Assembly (NCBI GenBank): GCA_013265495.1
Contig: MU058059.1
Location: 1,587,502-1,651,501, forward strand
Reading direction: 5' to 3'
Length of the DNA stretch: 64,000 nt
Origin: Vicugna vicugna
Lineage: Eukaryota
A program made the position numbers and the translations under genes. The notes below the pieces were generated by a model that worked only from the letters and a program-made list of their open reading frames with translations, had not been told where the DNA came from and searched no databases. Below are positions 36,341 to 47,300 of the stretch, in pieces; the stretch's first letter is position 1, and every line of letters begins with the position of its first letter.

Positions 36341-36956
36341 TGTCATTGGTACTGAGGGTCACAATCTCCTGATAGGTGACTGATTAAGAGTATTTTAACT
36401 CTTTGAAAAGAAGGCTTTGAACCTTCTACTGAGATGCTTGTTTCATACTATTTCCAGACAAAGTCACAAAAAACACTCAAGCAGAGCAAAGCCAAGAGCA
36501 GGAGTTAGTGTCTGAAAAGAGGAAAAGAAAGAGAAGCAGTAATTCTAGCCAGAGACCTGATTGTTAGTCCAAGTAACATGGTCCAGTCTTTTGCTTTAAA
36601 AAAAAACTTTCTAGAACACTTTAAAATGTACACGTTATATAGTCGGTTGATGACAAAACTTCTTTTAAAAAGGTCTTTGTCACGGTAAAGCTTTAAAAGA
36701 AATATATTCAAGACCTAGAAGGGCAGTTGTCTCATATCCTGTTTAGTCTCTAACACACTTGTTTGCCAAACACAAGGTTTAGTCTGCACATATCTAATTT
36801 GGGCAGCCGGTTGATGGTCTTTGAAAACATCTCAAAATCAAGTCGACCCAGCTGCTGGTTTCCAATCCTGCAATAATCCTCTGTGTGCAGAACATGACTT
36901 GCCAGGGAGCATGATGGAAGGGCATGGTATTCTTAGAGCAGACAGACAGCTACGTA

Positions 36957-37585
36957 TGAGCAGAGAAAGGGGGACACAGACCAAACGGCAGGAATTGGGC
37001 AGAAAGGAGAGAGACAGGCCAAACACAGGAACCATGCATCATAAAAGCACCAGGAGGCCCTGAGCAGAGTAAGAAAGGCAGGAACCTTTGGGCTGATAAG
37101 TGGTCACACTTTTTGGGATGATGAGTGGCCTAGAGGCCAACAAAGAAAGGTGGGAAAAGGCAGAAATCTCCACTGTCGGAATGTAACCTTTTGCTCGTTA
37201 GGCCCTCATTTCAATAAAATTAGCCTTCCAGATTAGAAGTACCCATCGTGCGCCAACACCATGACACTTTCGATCCAGACTAAATAAGGACAAAAATCCC
37301 TCTTCCCCTCAGGAAGGTGGAGTTGGGATGAAAATCAGGAAATACGAACCCAGACCCTTCCCTCCCTAATGAATATTCCACCCACTCATTTTTACACCCT
37401 ATGTAACCAACTTGCCAAAGAACTCAGGGCAGCCACTCACCTGAGCCTGCCCTCTCTCCCCCTGAGAGTGCACTATCCATCCCTTAATAAATCCCCACTT
37501 TACTTTCTTAACCTCCACGTCTCATCTCTGAATTCTTTCCGAGATGGCACAAGAACCTGGACGCTGGCTACATCTACCAGCAACG
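36957..37585 (+). mobile_element. probable solo LTR (ERV1-like)
   Basis: ATGAATATTCCACCC, then TATA-like CCTATGTAA (~37398), AATAAA (~37485-37490) and U5-like TCTGAATTCTTTCC...AAGAACCTGG...CAGCAAC. The 5' boundary at TG 36957 is inferred; the TSD is imperfect. Confidence 0.7.
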
Positions 37586-37689
37586 GTAGGAGAGCAAGAA
37601 ACCTCGAAAATCAAGAAACCTCAATTTTCCTTCTTTGGAAGTGTTTCTAAGAGATGAAAAGTGGGAAAAGAAATTAACACTATTATCTC

Positions 37690-37850
37690 AGTTAATTCCT
37701 TCAACAATCTTGAGGGTATTAGTATTTCCATTCCCTAAGAAACGAAAGGCTCAGAGGCTCAGAGAAAATGACTCACTTGTCCTCGTCACCCACGGTTCCG
37801 GGGCGCAGGCTAGGACTCGGTGCTGACTCATATCCAGTGCTGGCTCTCCC
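37690..37850 (-). mobile_element. MIR SINE
   Basis: TTAATTCCTTCAACAATCTTGAG...GAAAGGCTCAGAG...TGACTCACTTGTCC. Confidence 0.6.
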
Positions 37851-38117
37851 GCACCCCAAGATGTGGGGGAATAACTTTTCTTTAAAACTCACATTTGTTG
37901 GACAACTTAAAATATCCTTATGAATTATTACTTGTTATTTCAGTATGATAATTCCACTGATTCCACTGATGACAAAAACCTTAACATCTCTACCACAGGG
38001 CTGCATCGCTAGTAGTCTACCTTTTTTTCTTTTCTCTCTGAAAAAAGTAAAATAATAAGTCATGCCTATGTGGGAGAGCCTTGGTGCCTTACGCACTTGC
38101 TTAAGACTTAGGATTTT

Positions 38118-39338
38118 CTTTTTTCCTTTTAAATAGACTTTACTTTTAGGGAATTTTTAGGTTCACAGAAAACTTGAGGGGAAGATACAGAGATTTCACA
38201 GACACACCCTCCCACCACACTCGCACAGCCTCCCCCATTATGAACATCCCGGCACCACAGTGGTGCATTTCTGATGGTCTAGGAACCTGCACTGATACAT
38301 CCTTACCAACCAAAGTCCACAGCTTACATTAGGTTCATTCTTAAAGAGCTGTACATTCTATGGGTTTGGACAAATGTATAATGACATGCATCCAAAATTA
38401 TAGTATCATACGGAGTACTTTCATTTCCCTGAAAATCCTGTGTTCCATCTGTTCATCCCTCCCCACTTCCTTACCCATGGCAACCACTGATGTTTTAATT
38501 GACCCCATAGCTTTGCCTTTTCCAGAATGTCATATAGTTGGAATCATACAGTTTTCAGCCTCTTCAGATTGATTTCTTCTACTAGTGATATGATGGTTTC
38601 TCCATGGCTTTTCATGGCTTGATGGCTCACTTCTTTTTAGAGTAATACTCCATTGTCTGGATAGACCATGGGTTATTTATCTATTCACCTACTAAACGAC
38701 ATCTTGGTTACTTCCTATGTTTGGTAATTATGAATGAAGTTGTTATAAATATCCATGTACAGGCTTTTGTGTGGACATAATTTTCAATTCATTTAGATGA
38801 ATACCAAGGAGAATATATGGTAAGAGAATGCTTAGTTTTGTAAGAAAATGCTAAATTGTCTTCCAAAGTGGCTGCACTATTTTGCATTCCCATCAGCCAC
38901 GAATGAGAGTTCCTGTTGCTCCACATCCACCCTGGCATTTGATGGTGTTAGTGTTACAGATTTTGGCCACTTTAATAGGCACGACAGGATATCTTGCTCT
39001 TTTTTAATCTGCATCTCCCTGGTGATCTATGAGTGGAGCATCTTTTCATGTGATTATTTGTCATCTGGGTATCTTCTTTGTTGAAATACCTATTCAGATC
39101 TTTCGCCCATTTTCCCATCAGGTTGTTCATTTTCTCATTGCTGTATTTTATGAGTTCTTTGTATATTTTGGATAATAATCCTTCATCAGATGTCTTTGCA
39201 AATACTTTCTCCCAGCCTGTGGCTTATCTTATTCTCTTGACAGTCTCTTTCACAGAGTAGAAGTTTTAAATTTTAATGAAATTCAGCTTATCAATTATTT
39301 CTTTCATGGATCGTGCCTTTGGTGTTGTATCTAAAAAG
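38118..39338 (-). mobile_element. old LINE-1 (L1MC/MD-type) 3' UTR and ORF2 end
   Basis: AATAGACTTTA.TTTTAG...TAGGTTCACAGAAAA; TTGCCTTTTCCAGAATGTCATATAGTTGGAATCATACAG; GAGTTCCTGTTGCTCCACATCC; GGTGTTGTATCTAAAAAGT. Possible TSD remnant TTAGGAT(T/C)TTT at 38108 and 39340. Confidence 0.92.
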
Positions 39339-40008
39339 TTTAGGATCTTTTTAAAATAACAAATTATGTATTTGTGACAATCAAAATTCACTCATGCAGG
39401 AGACCATAAGAGGATTAGATCAGAAAGTATAATTTGAAAGTGTTCAGGCCCTTATAAGAAATTGGTTTTAATTTAGATGAGACTTATTAAATATGAATTG
39501 AGGGAAAGTGAATATTTATAACTCTTCTTTTATGAGTTTCAAAAAACTGGCAGCAATGCCTCTCACTTCATTAGGTTTTCTGAGCCAGAGGCAAAGGTCC
39601 CTTGAATTTCCCTGCAAATCATGATACAAAGATGTAAAGTCGGATTTTAGGCAATCAAATCATAGCAGAGGGAAGGCCAAACAACAACCTTGTCTGAACG
39701 TTTGGCAGATTTGGAGTTTTTCTTGCCATGGACATTTAAACATGTAACAGATTCATTGCCCTAGTAGCTATCACACAGAAAGTTCCTTTGTTCACTTCTA
39801 TGGGTGCGCTGTGAAGGCTGTGGTGAACGAATCCTGCTTAAAGATGCAACGCCACAGAAGGGCTTTCAACAGCACAGTCCTCTGAAGCAGAGAAAGCCGT
39901 GAGGGCCCCAGGGGCCTGCCTGTGAGCGTTTACTTCACCTGCCCTGCACTACCCGGAGAACACCCTGTAAGTTAAGGACAGAGTCTTTAGAAAACTACCT
40001 CAAAACAG

Positions 40009-40447
40009 TGTTGCCGCAACCGGACTCTACCCCGAAAATGATTTGAGATTTGGAGGCAGGGTTTTGGAAGAATTAGAAAAGAACAGCTTTATTGCTTTGC
40101 CAGGCGAAGGGGAGTCACGGCTGGCTCATGCCTTAGATTGTGAATTCACCCCTCTTGGAGTTGGGGTCTTGAAGTTTTATAGGAAAAAACTGGATGGAAC
40201 AGGAAAGGTGAGAACAATCAGGGCACTTTCCAGGGTGCTGCTGCCTTCCCCTTAACCTCCAGGAATCTTCCTGGTGTCACAGGGGAACTGCAGAGGGTCT
40301 TTCCATTCTTCTGAGATTATTGGCCCATTACCTTCTTCCTGGAGCAAAGCCTCTGGGTTAAAACTATTGTAAAGAGTGTCAGGGAGAAGTTTGGAGGTTA
40401 CTAAGCATGAAAGCAGTAAGGGAGGGAAAGCAAACTGCAAGATTTCT
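40009..40447 (-). mobile_element. 3' LTR, missing the first ~65 nt of U3 and the polypurine tract
   Basis: Minus-strand TATAAAA 40181-40175 and AATAAA 40093-40088. Homology to the other LTR stops at ~40447. Confidence 0.88.
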
Positions 40448-41092
40448 TAGAATCAGCAGTTTTAACAGCTTTAGCATCAGGACTTTTAAATCTTTTTCTT
40501 TTTTCTTTTTTTTTTTTTTTGCAGAGAGAATCAATTTGTTTTGCACTAGCTTATTTTTAAAAGCCATATACTTACTAAAATTCTCTTAAATTAGGCCAAT
40601 TCCGATTAAACATAAAACTCTTCTCAGGGTTCCTCTTTTATAAACCTCCCATTACTTTCTGTATCCATATGAGTTTGTCCCTTATTATTTTAGTAGCTTT
40701 AATTACTTACATTATAATTTTAACCCTTAAAAGCCTTAACGCTCTGGCAAAAATCAAGAAGCAAGTAATTGTGAATTAGCTGTCATACCAGCATTTCCTG
40801 ATTAGAAACTTATGCTTCTGTAAGTTTTTTCCTCCCAAGAAGGTAAAAAGTAGGTAAACTTAGACCTTCCCAGCAATTAAGGTTTCAGTATTTTATAAAT
40901 GAAGTAGACAGAGAGTTCTCTTCATTTAACTTAGTTTCAAGTCACCAAAATCTGGAGAAACAACTTTAGGTAGACATTCTCAAAACAATAATTATTCCTA
41001 TAGAGTTTACCTTAAAAAAAAAAAGTCCTTATTTTGTTTACTATTAATTTTCTTTAAAGTTTTTTTCACACTGAGTTACCTTCCTTGCTGAA

Positions 41093-41336
41093 AAATGTGC
41101 AACAGATATAAGGTCTTATTTGACCTCCAGTAAGTCTAAGTACAACAGAAGTATTATACTTAACGTTGATGATTCTAAAGATGTCTCTGTATTAATTAAA
41201 CCAACAAGCTTAAGAAATGTGCAACAGATATAAGGTCTTATTTGACCTCCAGTAAGCCTAAGTACAACAGAAGTATTATACTTAACATTGATGATTCTAA
41301 AGATGTATCTGTATTAATTAAACCAACAAGCTTAAG
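41093..41336 (+). repeat. 122-bp tandem duplication within the ERV internal region
   Basis: 41093-41214 and 41215-41336 differ at 3 positions. Confidence 0.97.
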
Positions 41337-42346
41337 CTAGATTTAGTACCAGATATTGATTTAGTACTGGAAGTTTCCGAGGTCATGTGAATCTGAAATT
41401 TATTTTGATTGTTTTTCTTTATATTTCTGAACATTCATATAAGCACTTAATTTTCTTTAAGCCAATTAAATAGAACCATTTTACGAATTAATTTGGCAGT
41501 ACCATATATTCGTGACACACAAACACACAAAACACAGAGACCTCAGTGTTTCCACTCCGAAATTTTAGCCATGAATAGGGTACAACAATGTAAAACCCAT
41601 CAGTTACAAAAGAGGTTGGATTCAAGGTGGGTTTCTGGCAGATGGAACAAATCGAAGTCACCTGTCTAGGTGGCTAAACCTTGTTACTAAGATCTATGAA
41701 AGAGCCAAGATTTCTATTTGTCTTTAACGAGTCAAGTTCAAAATTATTAACCCCTTTCTCAAAATTTGCATGTAAAAAAAAGATGGGGAGATTAGGGTTC
41801 CTGAAGACCAAGTAGAATATTTGTATCTCAAAGGCTTTGTAGTTTGACTAGTGGGTCAGGATTTTTCCTAAGGGAGTGTCTGATGGAACTGAAACAGTAC
41901 CGCCCATTCGTGCGCACACAACACGAAATTCAAACCTCGGCCAGCAAATGGAGGCCTCAAAATTCAAAGGAGGCACAAATTCAAACTTCAAAGTCAAAAC
42001 AACAGCTTCCTAGTTTCACTAGGCCCGAGACCGCCAACCAACCCGGGCGGGTGAAATGGGACGTCGTCTCTCAGGGAAAGGCCCTGACGAACTGGAGTGT
42101 CCCCCGCATTAGGGAGGCCTGGAGAGAGTCGGAGGGGCCTCGGTCGCCCCGGAAAACTCACCTAGTCCTTGCCAAGGAGTCACGGCGTCCCCGGCAGCGC
42201 TCTTGTCTCTCCTGCGTTTCCAAGCAGCCAGAGGCCTGACTGAGGTTGGAAGAAAGAAGGAAAAGAGTCCAGAAGCAAAAAGGCCTTCGCAGCTGCTGCT
42301 CCCAGCTTCCTCTGCTTCCTTCTTACCGCCACGAAGTCCCGCCTCG

Positions 42347-42420
42347 GACTTCCGCCTGGAAGCCCCGCCCCAGACTTCCGCCTGGAAGCCCCGCCCATTG
42401 GCTACGGCGGCCCACGTGGC
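42347..42420. promoter_or_regulatory. CpG-rich promoter-motif cluster in the ERV leader
   Basis: GACTTCCGCCTGGAAGCCCCGCCC twice with period 26 (ETS core GCGGAAGT on minus, Sp/KLF GC box), ATTGG (CCAAT) at 42397-42401, CACGTG at 42413-42418. Function is inferred from motifs only. Confidence 0.45.
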
Positions 42421-42608
42421 TCAGACGCAGACCCAATACTCTCCTGCTCCAGATTTCCCCAGCGATCTGGCCTCCTCGGCCTCCCCTGACCCTCAGCCAT
42501 CCCAAGGGAGGCTGGCACAAAGGTTGCCTTTAGAGCGTCCGGTCAAGCCAAGGTGTCCAGGGGTAGGAAAGAGGAAAGGGAGTCCAGCCCAGCGCTGGGT
42601 CACCAAGG

Positions 42609-43114
42609 TGGTTGCCGCAAAACCGGCCTCTGTGCTTCAAAAATAGATTGAGGCTGGGACACAGAGTTGTGGGAGAAAAAGTACAGCTTTATTGCTTTGC
42701 CAGGCGAAGGGGAGTTACAGCTGGCTCATGCCTGAGAGAATGTGAATCAACCCCTCTTGGAGCTGGGGTCTTGAAGTTTTATAGAAAAAAACTGAATGGA
42801 ACAGGAAAGGTGAGAACAATCAGGGCGCTTTCCAGGGTGCTGCTACCTTCCCCTTAACCTCCAGGAATCTTTCTGGTGTCACAGGGGAACTGCAGAGGGT
42901 CTTTCAATTCTTCTGAGATTACTGGCCCATTACCTTCTTCCTGGAGCAAAGCCTCTGGGTTAAAACTATTGTAAAGAGTGTCAGGGAGAAGTTTGGAGGT
43001 TACTTAGCACGAAAGCAGTAAGGGAGAGAGAAAGCAAATGGCAAGATTCTTGGTCAGAAAGAATTAGCAAACAGGTTTAGCGTCAGGCAAGTCAGTTCGT
43101 TTCCTTCTCCTTCA
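42609..43114 (-). mobile_element. 5' LTR, complete (~506 bp)
   Basis: Minus strand starts TGAAGGAGAAGG (43114), has TATAAAA 42783-42777 and AATAAA 42693-42688, ends ...GCGGCAACCA, and is followed by the PBS-like sequence. Confidence 0.9.
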
Positions 43115-44139
43115 ATAGAGCCAACCAACTAAATCCTTAGTGGTATGAAATATTAATGTGACTTTCTGAAACAAGAAACAATTCAATATTCCTTGTATTT
43201 ATTACATAAGCAAGACTTAAAAAAATAATAATTCTCTGTCCCGGGTCCCCTACCCCAGGTCCCAACTTGGAAAATGCCTTGAATTCTTTCCTATCAACTC
43301 AGTCTAGTTGTATGGGTCATGGGTGAAAAGTATTTTTAAGAAAAATTGCAGCTTAGTCAAACTGCTTCACAAGGGAAAAAATGATGATTTGAAAGAGTTC
43401 TGGATGGGGTAACACTAGGAATTATGCCTCTCTCATCAAATCAAATATAGAAAATTGAGCCTTAGGACTAGATGAGAAGAAATTCTAGGGACCAGTGTTT
43501 CATAAACAAAAGAGAATATATCTTGGTATGGCAAAACAAGGTAGTATGTAATATACTCTTTACCATTAAATGTCAAGTAGAAACAATATATGGAAACAAT
43601 GGGAAAAACAAAACAAAGCTCAGTATATACCACGTATTAACTTTCTAATCCTAACACTGCAACTTTGGCCTCTCCCAGCTGCACATCTTAAGTCTCTTTC
43701 CCTCTCCCTCTTCCTATTTGATTTGTGCATAAAAGCCAAAATCCACTTCAAATCCTGAGAATCCAGGATAATGCCTCTTATCTACTCATGCAGGTCATCT
43801 ACCCATATAATCTATTAACATCCACATAATGAAAAGTATCTCCAATCTGCTTCTCTTGGGCACTCTACAAACGCTGGCCTCCTCTTTCTGAAATAAAGTA
43901 GTCATTCCTTTGGAAGCATCCTCTCCTCCCTTCTTCCCTGAATCACCGTGTTATGCACATTGTCACTCCGTTTCCTGGAACAGTGCCTCTGCTTGCCAGA
44001 CTTGGTGAATCCCGGCTTCCACACCGTGCTAGCAACATTGCACATTACTGTGGTTCTCAGGCCTTGGTTCCTACATCCACAACATGGAGAAAAAGGGTAG
44101 ATAACAACTAGTTCATGGGTCATTAAAAGGAACAGATAC

Positions 44140-44345
44140 ATAATATTTATCCAACATCTGCTGTGTCAGGCATAGTCCTAAACCCTTTACCAAATTACCT
44201 GGTTTATTCCTCATAACTATAGCATTTATAAGGCTACTATTATCCCCTTTAACTCATGGGAAAATTGACATTTGGAGAGATGGGCTAATTCACCCAATAC
44301 AGCCAGCTGGGATGTGAATTCAAGACGTCTGACTCTCAGGCCCTC
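44140..44345 (-). mobile_element. MIR SINE
   Basis: TGCTGTGTCAGGCATAGTCCTAAAC...CCTCATAAC...CTACTATTATCCCC...GAATTCAAGACGTCTGACTC. Confidence 0.7.
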
Positions 44346-47300
44346 CCTCCTTTATTTCCTCACGGCATTCCTGTCATTAAACTTGTAGCAGAGTCTGGGG
44401 CACACAGCACTTACTGGGTAAATGTTTGTTATTTATTGTTATCTTCTTCTTTCAGCACTCCATTCAATTTTTTTAGAATTCCACCCAGGCAGCAAGAGCG
44501 GAGGACCACCCAGACGCTGCGGGTGTTCCAAGCCACTCTGAGCCATCGTGGCGCCCAGGCCTTCCTGTGAGGAAGGTCTTCTCCCAGGGAACTAAGTGAC
44601 TGCTAGTTTCCCGGCCTCTCCCACTGGCCTGTCCATTCACTGTGAATGGGAGAGTGTCTCTCTGCTCTGCACCCTGACTGCCTGATGCAGTTTAGGATTT
44701 CAGTAGACACCTGAAGAATGAGGGAATGCACGAAAGTGTGGTCAATGAAACAGTTCTCTTTCTTTGATCTTTCTCTGCAGCAAGTAGTCGTGTCCAAATT
44801 TCTCTTTGAAGTAAGCCCTTGCCTGAGCACATCTCGGCCATCATCTTGTAGAGATCAGAGGTGATATTAGAGGTAATAGAGACAAGCAGTTCTGTGATCA
44901 TATCTTTTTTCTAACCAACTGCAAACTCCTCGACATTTAACTAGTGAAGCTCTGTGTTTTGTTGTTGTTTTAAAAAAACTGATGTTTTAATGATTTTTTT
45001 CCCTAATATTAATGAAAACAAAATAGATTTCTTCAAATGTCTGATCTAAAACACAGATAATAAATTCCTGAAAGTTCACAGTGTTTATCTCTGCAGGGTC
45101 AGGACATTTCTCCAATGAGTTGGGATCGTTTGCATGATGTGATTTGCTGTTTCCAGGAATGACCCTCCCGTGTTCTCACCATCTAATTTTCCATCGTACC
45201 TTAGAAAGAGCTGGGGGCACTGTGCATTTCTAGCAGATAGAGTTGAGGACTGTCATAGTTTCCGAACTTTTCTCAGTATTGCGGAAGCAGTTCTGGGGAA
45301 TGTATCTCTCGATAGATTTATTATTAGCTCAGTCGTCAGTCATCCTGATGCACGACACAGCTGAGCTTAGTGGGAGCTGGGATTATCAAAACTGACTCAG
45401 AGTGAATCCGGATGTAGGCACATCACAAAACCCATCTCAGTTAGAGTGTTTTTTGCCTCCTTTCAGTCTGCAGTTATGTGCCACATCCCTGCCAACACCT
45501 CCGTCATCTATGTCACCTCCGGGTTTTGGAGTTACCATCCACCATCTACCATCCAGGGGTGGGCAAACTTAGCTGCCTGGATCCCAGCAGGAGTGTGAGA
45601 AAGAAAATCTTAGAACTTCTCTTTAAGGCTACTTTAATAGTTTTTAAGTTCAATTTTTGTGTATACCTAAAAATACACAAAATATATTCAGAGAGTAATA
45701 CATATTTATAACTTATAAATAAATACACATGTATTGGAGATGCTCAAAACATTTTTTTTACCAGCGGGGTGCCTCTCCACTGAAGAAAAGAAAAGAACCA
45801 GTTTTAAGCAATAAAGGATATGTGAGAAGCTGGTGGTCCGCTAGAAAAAGCCAGATGGTTTTGATTGCCTGGGTGTGACGTGTTTGCTCTATCACCCCCT
45901 CCCCATGCTCAGGCAGAGTGCAGACCCTTGTAAGCAGAAGCTCTGTGCGAACTGCTGAGGGGTCACGTGGCAGGCAGAAGCAGTGGAGGGGGAGTCCTGG
46001 GTACTTGGAGAAATGAGGAGTCTTTATCTAGATAAAAAAATGACAGCCCACCCAATGTTTGTCCTTCTGAGAAGTAATTCTGCTGCAATTTAATTCCTTG
46101 AAAGGAAGAATGAAGTTGTCCTTAGAAAATTGCGGCAGATTATCTAAGGGGAAAAGCCAGTCTCTGTTTTGAGTTCTGTTCTCTTCCTGAAAATTCTGAA
46201 ATGGAACCAAGTCCCAAGCTTTGTCTTTCCAGGAAATCTCCCATATTGTCATTGCACTACAGAATATGATTGCCAGGGGAATAAATGAACTTGAAAACCC
46301 AAATCCTTTTGTAATAATAATCTGGAAGCTCTTCATCTCTATTTGATAGGAGAGTGTGGTGATGCCTTCCGAGGCAGTCATAGGGAGATGAGCCCGGTTG
46401 TTTTCAGATTCCTTTCCGCAGACAGCACAGGAGGACTTAACTTCTCCAAGCACACCTTGAATGTGGGGGAGGGAGGCTGGGAGGACTTCACGCAGCCCAG
46501 CAGAATAGGATGGCGCACGCTGGATGGGATGTCACTGGGTGGACTGGTTTCCCATTGTCTTTAGAAACGGTTGGAAAACTAGTTTGGCATATCAATTATC
46601 TTCCCCCGAGATGCAGTCTCTTAGCCACTTACGCATTCCTTTCCTTTCATGCAGTCATTTAATTTGCCTGAAATTGTATGACCAATGGCAAAAATTATTG
46701 AATAAAAATCCTTACTTGATCTTTATTTTCCAATTTAAATAAGGAAACTCAAAGACAATTTTTTTTTAGTAAAAGATTTCCATCCAAAGTGGAAGTATCC
46801 CAGCTATATGAAACCGACTCTTTATTTAAAAATAACTTTTTTTCAAAGATGGTTCAGTGTCCCCAGGCCAGATATTTTGAACTTTGTTTCTAGAATCATG
46901 CAGGAAGGAAATCTGCAATTTAACCCCGAGTAAGAATAAGGTTATGCAGTTTCAGAAGTTTTGAATTGGAATCAGGGCTAAAATAATATGAATTATAAAC
47001 CACAGAAACACTTACCTCAAACATCAGGGGGAAATTCCCAAGTAAAGAAGCGAAGACAGGGGATAGAATAAAGAACAGCCTCCTCCAGTCTGTTGGACTA
47101 TCCAAGCTATTTAACATGAATTTATCGGGGCTTCTTTTTTTTTCTCCCGGAGAGCTGGTTATCACCACTACCTGGAGCCTTGGGTAGGGGGATCCACAAA
47201 CAGCCTGAGTGGTTAGTGAATTCACACTTGTTCTGTTTATAGTTTCACTTCTATTCTGGAGAAAGTAAACATCTCAAGCAGTTAAACTCCCATACTCTCA

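Larger units (their letters stand above)
40009..43114 (-). mobile_element. internally deleted, non-coding ERV1-type provirus
   Basis: Two direct repeats (40009-~40447 and 42609-43114) with overall TG...CA termini. 4-bp flanks ACAG (40005-40008) / ATAG (43115-43118). PBS-like TGGTGACCCAG at 42605-42595 and splice donor AG|GTGAGT at 42163-42156. No recognisable gag, pol or env. Confidence 0.9.

Noticed and set aside
41844..42857. ORFs of 81-147 aa in the ERV as gag or accessory genes
   Set aside because: Most are antisense to the provirus, lie in the GC-rich leader or LTR, and show no capsid, zinc-knuckle, RT or env motifs.
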